DNA of 63,496 bases, filler included, from Syncephalis fuscata S228 (taxonomy: Eukaryota > Fungi > Zoopagomycota), in assembly GCA_025786725.1 (NCBI GenBank). It is 3 parts of 3 records of this genome, joined end to end, with 100 filler letters (N's around TTAATTAATTAA, not from the genome) between each part and the next. Parts side by side here need not be neighbours in the genome. Positions count along the whole stretch, not along the records: positions 36,217 to 63,496 come from JAHLTZ010000103.1; 2 more parts are not named here. One strand, written 5' to 3'. A model generated the notes under the pieces. It made no database searches. It was not told the DNA's origin and saw only the letters and a list, made by a program, of their open reading frames with translations. The position numbers and the translations under genes are program-made. Positions 38,963 to 50,835 of this stretch are shown one piece after another; positions within the stretch are counted from its first letter, which is position 1; each line of letters begins with the position of its first letter.

Positions 38963-39688
38963 TTAACGATAAACTTGTTGATACGGATATGGTGAAGATG
39001 TATCGTATAAATCATTATCATTATTGTTATTATTATTATTAGTGTTATTGCTATTAGAATAAAAAGGTTGGTTGTTTTGTTCATTAATAGCCGGTGCTAA
39101 TTGATTCCATGCTAAATAATCATTGCCTATGTATGTAATTAATAATTAAACCATGATATCTGGTCTATAAATACCTTCAGCGTTTAATCGGGGACATGAT
39201 ACCACCGAGTCAGGGGAATACATCCATCGACGAGTAGCCGTAATGCCTGTTCGTTGTTCACATCGACGACAGCGTACAATAGTGACCCATCCTACTATAT
39301 TGCCACTATATCATTAATGACAGGTTAGTATCTCTATTCTTTAAATCGACACACTGTCAAATAGTTACCATTGATTACAAGCAATATCTTGGGCTATACA
39401 TCCACATCGTCGATAAATCATACGTACGTTATAGACACTGGCCCCTGTTGGCACTGTATCTGATACGTAACAGCGTCGTGCTGGTAGACTCGATAACACC
39501 ACCTAAGGGTCAAACAACATGTGCTTATCATTAGTCTATGGTTGTTATATAAATAGCTTATAGAGAATAAAGCCGGCATTCTATATACACACCTGATCGC
39601 CACGTTGAGTTAGTAGAATGTTACAGTAGCGACAGCGTAATTCAAGTACAAGACGTCGTGTACGTAAAGGTTGGCGTCGGTGTACCAT
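38963..39688 (-). CDS. FAM72-family (Yippee/Mis18-like zinc-binding) protein, 4 exons
   Basis: Not in the ORF track. Splicing gives MVHRRQPLRTRRLVLELRCRYCNILLTQRGDQ|VVL...RRCGCIAQDIACNQC|GNIVGWVTIVRCRRC......RRWMYSPDSV...PRLNAE|GNDYLAWNQL, matching the FAM72 pattern L.C.FC..L..RG, C.C...D.AC..CGN.VG, C..C, WM...S.V...RL..G..L.W. Confidence 0.75.
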
Positions 39689-40076
39689 AGCGTACTATTG
39701 TTTTCGTAACTATCTAGAACAAACAAAAAAAGCAGCAGGTCCCAGCCAAAGTTGAGTGATGACTTGCATTAAATAAACAATAAACGCAAACAATAGCCAA
39801 CGACTATATATAGTGTAGTAGTAGAAGTAATAATAATAATAATAATAATAATAGCCTATTATTAAAAAGATAAATAACAAGCTTGTCACTATTGTTAAGG
39901 CAAATAGACATACCACAATTGTGTTAAGAGTTAACACGACGTATGTCACAATACCAAAGTAGCGAATACAATTGAATAGACAGACTGATAAACGGTAAAG
40001 TTAATAGACAAATAAAAGTAAAAAACAAAACAAAGACGCAATGGTGTGTGCACGACTAATATCATTGTTGTTGGCA

Positions 40077-40475
40077 CTATTCTAATAAGCCAACAGGTTC
40101 GGGCCGTAGATTAAAAACAATCTTGTGTCGTAGAATATCTATAACATTGTAGTTGACTGGTGGTGGCGTTGAATCATGTTTAGTGGAAGAGACGCGTTGA
40201 AGTATGGCTAATGGTTTTTTCAACACTATAATCTTGCCTTCAAGACGATGATAGCCAATAAACATAATAACGGTGCCCTATGTTTGTTGCGTTATTATTT
40301 ATAGCGCGGCAAATTGGCTTGAGAAACAAAGACTTACATTTGGTTCAATAGTTAGATTACCAACATGGAGATTGTCGCGTGATTCACCTGGTTGCGTTGC
40401 AAGTTTGCCTTGTAGCTCAATAAGAACAAGTTCACGTTGATTGTTAAGATTAACGTGTACAAATAATTGAACCAT
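40077..40475 (-). CDS. CTF8: Chromosome transmission fidelity protein 8 (Ctf18-RFC subunit), 2 exons
   Basis: MVQL...LVLIELQG.L...VGNLTI|...MFIGYHRLEGKIIVLKKPLAIL...Y.V..ILRHKIVF..RPEP; intron 40278-40337. Confidence 0.9.
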
Positions 40476-40595
40476 AGCTAAAGTAGAACTAGAGTATTGG
40501 AAGAAGAATGACTATGCTACGATAGTAAGAAAAATATGTATATAAATAGCAGAGCGATTATACTTGTGATGTGATCATCACTTATTTAACAAGTG

Positions 40596-41360
40596 GGAGT
40601 TATTGTATTTTTACACTTGTATTTTTTATTTACTCATTTCATCTCATTTTTTAATACTTTTAAATATAATTAAACACCCATCCATTACTATAACATGTAT
40701 TGTTATACATCCGACATTGACTAATTCATGTGTAATTATCAATACAGTAATTTAATGTAATTAGTTATTTTTATTATTGCTTTAATATATATATATTGTC
40801 ATTATAATATTAATTGTTCAAAATACCATTTATTTAATCAGATTGGCTATAAGAAAAGTGGCTGTTTAATAAACGACTTTTATAATAATTATATTAATCT
40901 TAATCTTACATCATAGATATGCTCAAAATGCAACAGTAGAATATTAGAAAATAGAAAAGACCACTCAGATACAATAATCCATACTGTATGTAAATGCAAT
41001 AACAACAATTGCGAAATGGCATGGAATTGTAATCATATGGCTTTTATTAATATTCAATCAATCTTTCTGCACATGGTCAACAACAACAACAATCGGCCTC
41101 AAATGTTTAAAAGAAATCAAATAGTATGTTACATTCTTTATTTAAATGCTTAAAATTATTACTAATACAATGTTCTGTTACATCTAATCAATTCTATTTT
41201 ATAAAAACGATAATGTTATTATATTACATTAATGTTTACTGTGAATGATAATTTAAACACAAATTAATCCAATCAATTCGTCAACTATTTAAATTATCAC
41301 AATTGATTGCATAAAAAGATTTACTACTTCGGGGGAACTTGAAGTAGATATTAACCAAAA
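40596..41360 (+). mobile_element. Decayed DNA transposon 5' end with zinc-ribbon remnant (Merlin/IS1595-like), copy A
   Basis: Starts GGAGTTATTGTATTTTTACAC. Encodes DWL*EKWLF then ICSKCNSRILENRKDHSDTIIHTVCKCNNNNCEMAWN. 40596-41125 is an inverted copy of 50158-50665. Confidence 0.5.
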
Positions 41361-43176
41361 TTGCAATTAATATAAATATTCTTATTGCACGTAGTATAAT
41401 TATCTCCACTTTATTATATACTTTTATAAACATTGTATGTGCTCATATCGCTATTGCTGGCCATAAAGAAGCATATATTGCAAATGTTGGAACATTTAAA
41501 CGAAATACCACAGATGTTAAAGTGTAAATATTCACCAATTTAATTTTAGAAAATTAGCTACATTATTAAATATTATGCACCGTCTTTTATTTCATTTCTG
41601 TTTAGTTTTATCATTCTATTTACATTGGCGTCAGCATCAACTAAAAGATTGCCAAGCTTTATTTAGCTTAGTATGATTGAAATAATTTATCTTTTGTTTA
41701 TTGGTTTAATGATGAGGCTAAATTAATTAATACTTAGTCCACACATTGCTTTACATTGACCTGTATTTAACTTGTTATTTTTATCATGACCACTCTTAGT
41801 AGCATAGGCTATTAGCTATACCTTGAGTGATTATTGGTTAGTGTGCGGCTCGCTGCCGCTGTGCACCCAAATTTGATTGTATTTGGATAAAACAGCCTAA
41901 TGTGCATAATCTAATGTTTACAAATTGTGCTGTATGCAATTTGATGAACACGGCTTATTACATCCAAAATTCGATAAAACCGATAAATGAGTCGAATGGT
42001 TTATTGCCCAGGATGCTGTGATGCATTACGTTGTAACATCCCTTATCGCACAGCTGATTCTTAGTCAATTTTGATTAATATCTATTTAAAATGCCGAAGA
42101 CTGCGCAGCACTTAGCATTCACATGTTTGAATATAGCACTTTTTACTCCTGTAAAAGCTTCCATAATATCGAATACAGGTATGCACCAATCAGTGCAATT
42201 TATGTTTCAAGGAGGTACGGCTGATTTACACACATCAGTATGTGTTTGTACAAAAATATTAGTACATTGTATGAAACTTGATAATTCGTCAGTATTATGT
42301 ATGGTTTGGCTCCATATAGATATTGAGGCTTGAGGTGATGGAAGGGACAGCAAAGTCGTCATTACTATTTTTGTATAATCACTTTACCATTAAACGTTCA
42401 AACTGCGTAACAAAAACACAGATTAATATGCGCACCCCTGTAACATTGTTTTTAATATTGTACTTGTAAACCTGTAACAAAATAATTAATTGAAGCATTA
42501 TAACTACTAATTTATGGTTCAAGGTATTGAAAGAGTTATTGCTGGCGTAAACCACTTTGTAATATGGGCAATGGTTTAAATCTAATAGGCATTGACTAAA
42601 TGAATGCATTATAGTATTTGAATTGGCTCACATGTTGCTATTAATGAAGTAATTCAGCAACTTCTAACAATGTTAAAGGATAGCAAAAGTAACCAATATT
42701 TTTAAACACCATTTTGCATATTGATGATTAGTGTTTAATCGGTACAATACAGGCAATGGCCGTCACAGTTATCTGTAATGGAGTAGCACTAAGACGCTCC
42801 GCTTGTTGCATATAAGCTAATAGAGTTAAGTTGAAACAAAGTTTTGACTGTACATCAATATACCATCGATATTTTTGTATACGTTTGTTTCAAATCGTCA
42901 TTTAAATATACTGTTGTTGGTTTCTATTGTACATTAATGGTATATCTCACAAAAATACATTATTTTGATGCTTTAGCGTAATAATATATTTAAATAGCCC
43001 ACAACATTCACACAATTGACCAGTAGTATCATCATCACAGTCTGCTTTCTACCAAACTCTCACTATCGCACACTATAGAATAACACTTTTTACTTGCTGG
43101 CAAGTACTCGCTATAGCCTACTCTAGATCACCGTTTTCTACTTTTTTGTTCTACGTCTCAACAAATCAACGTCGCC

Positions 43177-43374
43177 ATGAAGCTTTCCATCGCCGTCGTT
43201 TGCACCGCCCTCGTAGCTTTTGCAGCTATTACAGCCATGGTGAATGCTGTTCCAACTTCAACAGGTTCTGATAATGGCCAATTATTCGCATTGGCTAAAA
43301 GAAGTCAATGCTGGGGCGGCACTCCATGTGAAGGTCCTAATGGCACCTGCCGCAGCTGCACTTCTTTTCCGTAA
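43177..43374 (+). CDS. Secreted Kex2-processed cysteine-rich peptide precursor, copy 1
   Basis: Signal peptide (ends VNA), pro-region ending LAKR, mature SQCWGGTPCEGPNGTCRSCTSFP. TATTTAAA at ~42986, GCCATG start context, second copy at 56008-56205. Confidence 0.85.
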   Translation: MKLSIAVVCTALVAFAAITAMVNAVPTSTGSDNGQLFALAKRSQCWGGTPCEGPNGTCRSCTSFP

Positions 43375-44674
43375 CTGGTGCATTCAAGTCATTGGCATTT
43401 GATGCGTAATCGAAGTGCTAGTTTAATATGCTTTAGGTATATGTTTGACAACCAAAACTGATCAACAGTTGTTGTTCAGCTCATTTATATAGCAAGTTTT
43501 AGCTAATGTTCCAGTTTATTCAACTTTCAGCCAATAGGATCATTGTATTACCAAGCCTGCATTTAGCTGTATCTATTCAGTTGTGCAAGTTTGTAGTAAT
43601 AAACGCATTGTTTTATTTTAGTTATGCCTGACTGAGTTGTTATTTTTATACCTATGTTTATTTGCATTCAGTAGTCAGCAATCATTAATTTAACATAGAA
43701 TCTGCACAAGCATTTGTATTGATTATAGATGTAAATCAGTGTAGATATAACACTGTGATCATCAAATAATGATTATACGTGCGGATGTTTAACAATATAC
43801 ACTAGAAGTGTAATCAACTATCTTTATTTGCAAGTATACCATTGGTGCTACCAAAATCATTATCATTATAGTAGCAATTCCGATTGGACAACAATTAAAT
43901 AACGTGGTATATCAATTGTATTGCTGTTGAGCAAACTAAACGATGTAACAGCATCATAACGATAAAACGGGCATTAATGTTATATGTAATAATATTTATG
44001 TTTGAATAATTAACAGATTATATATTAATGTATGGAGTACGTATGCTAGTCAATAATAATGCAAGAAACAAACAAAAAGTGTTATAAAGTAGAGGTGAAA
44101 GAGTAGAGTACTTATAACTATGTTCAAAAATAAATATTGAGTGCTATTGATATGAATGGATGGCATTAAAGTGGTCAAGACTTGCGGATAAATATGTTGT
44201 CATGCTTCTATATGGTTATCGTTAAAACATAATCAATACAGATTGTGCGCTCAATTCAACCTTATTCTGCTTATTTTCTGCTTATATTAAAAATAAAACT
44301 ATAAACTAAATAGCATGGTATTATCGTTTATAAGTAAAAAAAACAACGTTTACTAAATTATTTATATATTCATTTATCATTGTTGTAGCTATTTTTAATA
44401 AAATGAAAAAAATTCGCATTGGTAGTAATACTACTACAGCTTAGTTGCTTATTTGCTAATAGGCTAGTAACTATCGTTCTATTATTTAATTAATTACTTA
44501 TCTTTTAATTAAAATTATTAATTGCGTAGATTAGATAATGTTGGCGTATATAAAGAATTAAGCATTTATACATAAAAGATCATAATTTTTGTTACTTTAG
44601 CATCGCTGATATGACTAGGCAGTTGATTTTTTGTATTCTATATTATAGCCTATCTAATTATAGCGAGTATCAAC

Positions 44675-45169
44675 ATGAAGGTAATTACTATAGTTTTAGT
44701 ACTCGTTTTATATATCGTCGATACGGTTCAATCGAATACGGCGTCTGTTGAATTTAACTCAATGCAAATGTTATGCCTAGTGAATCAGCTACGAAGAGAG
44801 AATGGCCTTCCGTTACTTGGTATTGATAATACGCTAAATGCAGCGGCTCAAGAACATAGTATACTTCAGGCGCGCAACAAACAAATGGCCCATATATTTG
44901 ATGGCGAAAAAGGCTTACTAAGACGCTGTTCTGGCTACAATACTAAATGGGCTACTGTGCGAGAGAATGTTGCCTTTGGTCAGGCAACAATGAGCAAAGC
45001 AATGGAAGGCTGGGTAAACTCGCCGCATCATCTTATGAATCTACTTAGCGACGCAACGCACTTTGGTAGCGGTTTGGCAATAAGTAGTCAAGGCGTCCCC
45101 CATTGGACGCAGGACTTTGGTCGTGACGATAATAAGGCAAGAATTATACCCATGTGTTGGAATAAATAA
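44675..45169 (+). CDS. Secreted CAP/SCP-domain protein (bacterial YkwD-like subtype)
   Basis: Signal peptide; MLCLVN.LR...GL..L..D..L..AAQ.HS..QA....M.H, ENVA.GQ, W.NSP.H..NLL, WTQDFG. Confidence 0.9.
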   Translation: MKVITIVLVLVLYIVDTVQSNTASVEFNSMQMLCLVNQLRRENGLPLLGIDNTLNAAAQEHSILQARNKQMAHIFDGEKGLLRRCSGYNTKWATVRENVAFGQATMSKAMEGWVNSPHHLMNLLSDATHFGSGLAISSQGVPHWTQDFGRDDNKARIIPMCWNK

Positions 45170-46655
45170 AATTTAAACAGATAAAACGTATAAAACTGCA
45201 ATTGAATAAATTGAACTTCCACAAGATATGGCCTAAATGCGCATAGAAAACAAATTAATGTTTTATTTAATTGTGTGTAAATTACAGCTATTTTACAGCT
45301 GAAATTATTAATTTATGTGTGGAATAATGATTTATGTGGCAATTTCCTAAAAGTGAAACTGTAAGGTATCAGCATTGATACACCATTGCTTTTGTATCAT
45401 TCGGCAAATTCTATGTTTTTACCTGAATAGCAATAACACTACATGTCACACTCTTCCAGTTATCATATCACCTATTTAATTTAATTTAATTAGCTGTGCG
45501 AGACAACGGTCCATAGGGCCTATTCGTATAATGTTGGATTTGCTTGTCACATCACATATTTCTTTTCCAAAAACTTATTATTTAAAAAACACTGTAACAG
45601 AATCTCAGCGAAATTCTTTTAAAAATTTCCCATTAGTTATGTATTTTATTTTATATTTTGTAGTTCTCCAGGCTACATTCAATCAACTCCTCTACAGACC
45701 AGAGTAACGGCTAGTCAGACCACTATCTAATTTTGCTTTGTGTTAGTTTCGTAGATCTTCCTAAGATCTACTACTCACAGGAAAGACGACGTGAACGTCC
45801 AAAGCATTCTTTCCCAGTATTGTTGAAAATGTATTGACTATATTAATTGGTATTAAAAATGCATTAATGTTGCTGTAACATTTACAATGCTAGATTTACT
45901 AACAATTGCTTAAACACTCAGTTATAAAAAGTTTTAGTTACATAAATATATAATTATTTTGGTTTATTAAATAAAATTTAACGTTTTTTCCTCTTACTTT
46001 GTGCATATTTACATTGTCACAATTACTATTTAAAGTTAACAATAAGTGTATTAATATTAATACTTTTTATTATTAAGGTGTATCATTTTTTGTTTTGGCA
46101 GATGCCATTATTATATATTTTTAACAGCTAAAACACATTCAAAATGTTTAAATGTCACATTTATTTGATCAAATACTATAAGTATTAGTATTAACTCTAC
46201 TCCAACTTTGATTTTATCTTTTATTTGGTGTCTTATCCAACCAGCAAATTGACCATTGTTGTAAAAATAACGACAGTGCACTAATTTACAATATAAAACA
46301 TATTATTTAAATGTTATGCCTTAAAATAAAAAATAAAACTTTATTTTATACATAGCTTTTTAATTACTGCTAGAACTTTAAACTATTTTTATTTTGATAA
46401 CGCTTAAATAATAATAAAATACTACTAACCTTGAAATTAATATTTTGTTGAAAGATAAGCAGCCATTTGCGCATATTGAAGACGTTTTATACAATATTTT
46501 GAATATAGAAATATTGTATTTCTTTAAAGCAATGTGGCCAAACAGATTTTAGTCTAACTTGCAACAATAAAAAAATTGCTTTCAAAATACGTTCCTTATT
46601 TCTTAATTTTGATTATAACTAATACAATAGTAGCATATACACAGTTGTATATATT

Positions 46656-46814
46656 AAACATAAATATTATACAGACAATTATCGTCGTCCGAACTGAATC
46701 AGACAATAAAGATCGTCAATTAAACATAAATGTTATAAACATAAATATTATAGAGACAATTATCGTCGTCCGAACTGAATCAGACAATAAAGATCGTCAA
46801 TTAAACATAATGTT
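46656..46814. repeat. 81-bp tandem duplication
   Basis: AAACATAAATATTATA.AGACAATTATCGTCGTCCGAACTGAATCAGACAATAAAGATCGTCAATTAAACATAA at 46656 and again at 46737. Confidence 0.9.
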
Positions 46815-48020
46815 TATTGATAAAAGTCAAGTCATCACCAATCTGTTTTGTTATTTCCTTTCTACATACTTATCAAAGGGATGTTTTTTGAGTAGGAAGG
46901 GTCGTTTGTAAGGTTTAAATCACAGCACAGGTTGAGAATTGGATTAGGACGGCTAATCAAAAATGTGACAGTCTTGTCCAAATTTATGCTAATAATTTGC
47001 ATCAATGGATACGGGGGCAATTCTACACGATTCCACGCAACAGCCAGTTACCCGACGGATACGCAACCAAATGCCAAACAGCCCGGCCATCTGTAACGTT
47101 CTTTGCAAGCGCTATCCATCGATACCGGTCATACTATTCCGAGCTCCTACAGCCTTATACCGCTTTGACCGCCGCATCATTGTACCTTTACAGGATGGCC
47201 TGCTAATTTCCCGACCGATTCCGCCGCATTGCACGGCGCCAGTCCGGGGGCCTTCCCGTCTATTCTCCACCACTTGTTGCAATATTTACGAACTTCGCCT
47301 ACTTTTACGCAAACTAGGCCGTCTCACATTTTTCCTATCAAAATACTGCCATTCAACTCACAGTTGCCTTAATGTGTATGTCACGTAACTATATCCAGAC
47401 ACTTAGCTGAACAGTTGCTCATCTACGATGACTAAAAGCATGCAAATACGCTACCTATCCAATGTTGTCGCTGTGCAATCAGTTAGTATAATGCTTTACG
47501 CATCTTCCCACACTACTATCGCTACCACATAATACAGTCTATTTACCTGCATTATTATGGCTGTATGGCCATCTATAGCGATATAGCCCAATTATATCTA
47601 TTAATTACAATATATATAACGAAATAAACAACCGATAATTAACGTGCTAAACTTTTATCCTTTTACTCCTTTTACACACTATGTTTATACATGCACTTTT
47701 TATACACAACTACCCCCCTCTAGCACACAGACTATCGCCGCAATACACTCTATCTGCATTCAAATGTATTCTACTCGCTCTCTTGTATAGTATAGACCAT
47801 AGCCGGCACAATTATCGCTAATATTGAAAGGCCGGCATGCGTACAATAACGGTATATTGTCACTGTTGCATCACGTGACACCTTTTTGTATATGACATAA
47901 ATCGCCACTGTACATCAATATTTCTACATCTCAGCTTGATATTATGCTTTGTTTAGCATTATAAAACAATATAATATAATATATATATACTAAATTTTAC
48001 TCGTAATCAATTTACACAAT

Positions 48021-48498
48021 TTTTTGGCCAACTTTTTTTGCAAAAAAATTTGTTCTAAATTCTATACCATTCCTTATAACTAAGCATGGGGAACTCGAAT
48101 CCGCCAATTATTTCGCTATCTTTCGGCTATATAGGCCATGATTGCTAAAAATCTGCTATTTTTGCATATTTATTGGTGTATTATCACTATAACTACGCCA
48201 TCACACAACGCGGCTACAATATACTTCACCAATAGTCGTATATATATCATACGCATATTCATGCAAAATATCATGCAATTTGCTTGATTATACGTAAAGT
48301 TATACCCAGTAATATTTGTGCTTTAAAACTAAATTAAAAATACGTAAATTGCGTTTTTGGCCAACTTTTTTTGCAAAAATTATTCTTCTAAATCTTATAC
48401 CATTCCTTATAACTAAGCATGGAGGACTCGAATCTGGCAATCATTTTGCTATCTCTCAGTTATATAAGCCATGATTGGTAAAAAAACCTGCTATTTTT
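48021..48498. repeat. ~143-bp direct repeat pair (48021-48163 and 48354-48498)
   Basis: TTTTTGGCCAACTTTTTTTGCAAAAA...TATACCATTCCTTATAACTAAGCATGG..ACTCGAATC...GCCATGATTG...CTGCTATTTTT occurs twice, 333 bp apart. Confidence 0.85.
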
Positions 48499-49039
48499 AC
48501 TATAATTTCAATAAATATGCCTATAATTCTAGATAATTACATCTGGTTGCACAGTATTTTTACCACCAACTTACCTTCATCTAAGACAGCTGTTGTTTTA
48601 GATAAAATATTTAATGTATTTGTTTTGGTTACACACGCATTTTACTTTTAATTTTCTATGACCATCGTCACCATCTAAATAAAGTATTTATATGATTTTT
48701 ATTATTTATAATAACTATGACTGTAATGTAGATTTATTTATTTTTGATACAAAGTGTTAATATGATTGTAGTTAACATAATACAGGTTATTGTTACTTAA
48801 TATTAATAAAGTGTAAAGCTTTGACATTTGATGTTAAAAATACGTTAATATTAACACTTTATATTAAAAATGCACAAATGTTACTATTTATTATAATTGA
48901 AGCAAAATTTAAAATTACTTTTCTTATTTTAATCCAATAAATTATTTCTTATTAAATTAGCTAATTAGTTAATTAGTTAGTTATTTAATTGTCTACCTAT
49001 ATTATTTTTTTAATATTTATAAACGTTGCCCTTTATGCT

Positions 49040-49280
49040 ATTAATTGTTTAAAATGCCATTTATTTAGTCAGATTGGCTATAGGGAAAGTGGCTGTTTAA
49101 TAAACGACATTTATGATAATTATATTAATAGTAATCTTACATTATAAATATGCCCAAAATGTAATAGTAGAATATTAAAAAATAGAAGAGACCATTCAGA
49201 TGCAATAATCCATACTGTATGTAGATGTAACAACAACAAATGCGGAATGACATGGAATATCAGTCATATGGCTTTTATAT
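49040..49280 (+). mobile_element. Merlin-like zinc-ribbon remnant, copy B
   Basis: Diverged direct copy of 40810-41047; translates ICPKCNSRILKNRRDHSDAIIHTVCRCNNNKCGMTWNISHMAF. Confidence 0.5.
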
Positions 49281-49399
49281 ATCTATACTATTATATATCA
49301 TTATATGATAAATTGGATACATTATATTGCTATAAGTTTTAATTACATATAGCTTGTTAAATGAATAAGGTAAATAAATTGAGATTTACTAATAGTAAA

Positions 49400-50040
49400 G
49401 ATAGAGTCATAAATAATTTATGGTGTCAAACGACGATTAGCTATGTTGAAGGTATTGAGCACATTTGCATGATCAATGAGCGAAATTAGACGACATTTAT
49501 AAATAATAGTGTTAGAACAAAAATAAAATAACTTTGGATACAGAAAGGCTAGGCGAGTATAGAATGATATATAAAATGGTGAATGTACAATGAGAAGCAT
49601 ATAAAACAATGTTAAAGTTATAGTGTGTATAGTGCAATGAGGGAATGAGTAAAGTATGTTGGAACATATAACAATAGAATGCGTCTAGTATATTATAGAC
49701 TGATATATAGTAGTGTGGAATGGAATGGGAGTAATATAAATGAATAGAGTATATATGTGTACTGGTTATATGCATACTGGATAATAAATCTATAATGACA
49801 AGTATCTGATGACTAATGTCACTCACCGCCATCATCATGCTCAATAGATTGGATGTTATTAAATATTAGTCATTTGACCACCAAACAAACATAAGTGTGA
49901 TGATGTGACGATTAAATAAACTCACCACTTGTCCCCATGTTCAATAGAACAAAATGTAGTTCAACTATGCGAATGTTACAAAATAATTATTTGACACCCA
50001 AATCACACTAAATTGTTAATAGATTGTTTACTATTAGTGT
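49400..50040 (+). repeat. Dispersed family F copy
   Basis: Colinear with 32790-33340 (GCATGATCAATGAGCGA..TTAG.CGAC, GAGGGAATGAGT, CATACTGGATAATAAATCTATAATGACAAGT, CCCATGTTCAATAGAACAAA). Confidence 0.75.
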
Positions 50041-50061
50041 AATAACACTTGTTGCCATCAT

Positions 50062-50665
50062 GGCTAAACTTACTTTGACTCCACATCTGGAATCCTCAAA
50101 GCAAAATTCGTTCCAATTGAAGTCCTACTGTTATTTACAACAATATAGTTATAGTGTTTTATTTGACTACTTTGAAATTCACGAGGCCTATCGTTGTTGC
50201 TGTGACCATGTGCAGAAAGATGATTGAATATTAATAGGAGCCATATGATTACAATTCCATGCCATTTCGCAATTGTTGTTATTGCATTACATACACTATG
50301 TATTATTGCATCTGAATGGTCTTTTCTATTTCTAATATTCTACTGTTGCATTTTGAGCATATCTATGATGTAAGATTAAGATTAATATAATTATTATAAA
50401 GTCGTTTATTAAACAGCCACTTTTCTTATAGCCAATCTGATTAAATAAATGGTATTTTGAACAATTAATATTATAATGACAATATATATATTAAAGCAAT
50501 AATAAAATAACTAATTACATTAATTACTGTATTGATATTACACATGAATTAGTCAATGTTAAATGCAATTTATATATGGAATAGCAATGGATGAGTGTTT
50601 AATTGTACTTAAAAGTAGAGTGAAATGAGTAAATAAAAATATAAGAGTCAAAGTACAGTAGCTCC
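50062..50665 (-). mobile_element. Merlin-like element, copy C (internally deleted, imperfect TIRs)
   Basis: 50158-50665 is the reverse complement of 40596-41125 with long identical blocks. The ends GGCTAAACTTACTTTGACTC (50062) and GAGTCAAAGTACAGTAGCTCC (50665) share an inverted TACTTTGACTC. Confidence 0.5.
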
Positions 50666-50835
50666 AAAATTTAATCGGATTTTAATTTAATCTCAGATCA
50701 CGTGGGTAGATCATAGAATAAAGAGCTCTTTTTAAATTTTCTTCTCTTGCTCTTGCTTTCTCTTTCGTACACTCACGCACGCATTGTCCGTTTCTCCGCG
50801 ATTCAGGTCGTGTACTGCTGTTTAATTTCGTCATA

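Noticed and set aside
45850-46570. pogo/Tc1-type DDE remnant on the minus strand (ICANG, FAGWI, LIVFDQ fragments)
   Set aside because: Too eroded to support without a profile search.
48060-48160. tRNA gene
   Set aside because: Only a T-loop-like motif is present; there is no acceptor or anticodon stem and A/B box spacing is too short.
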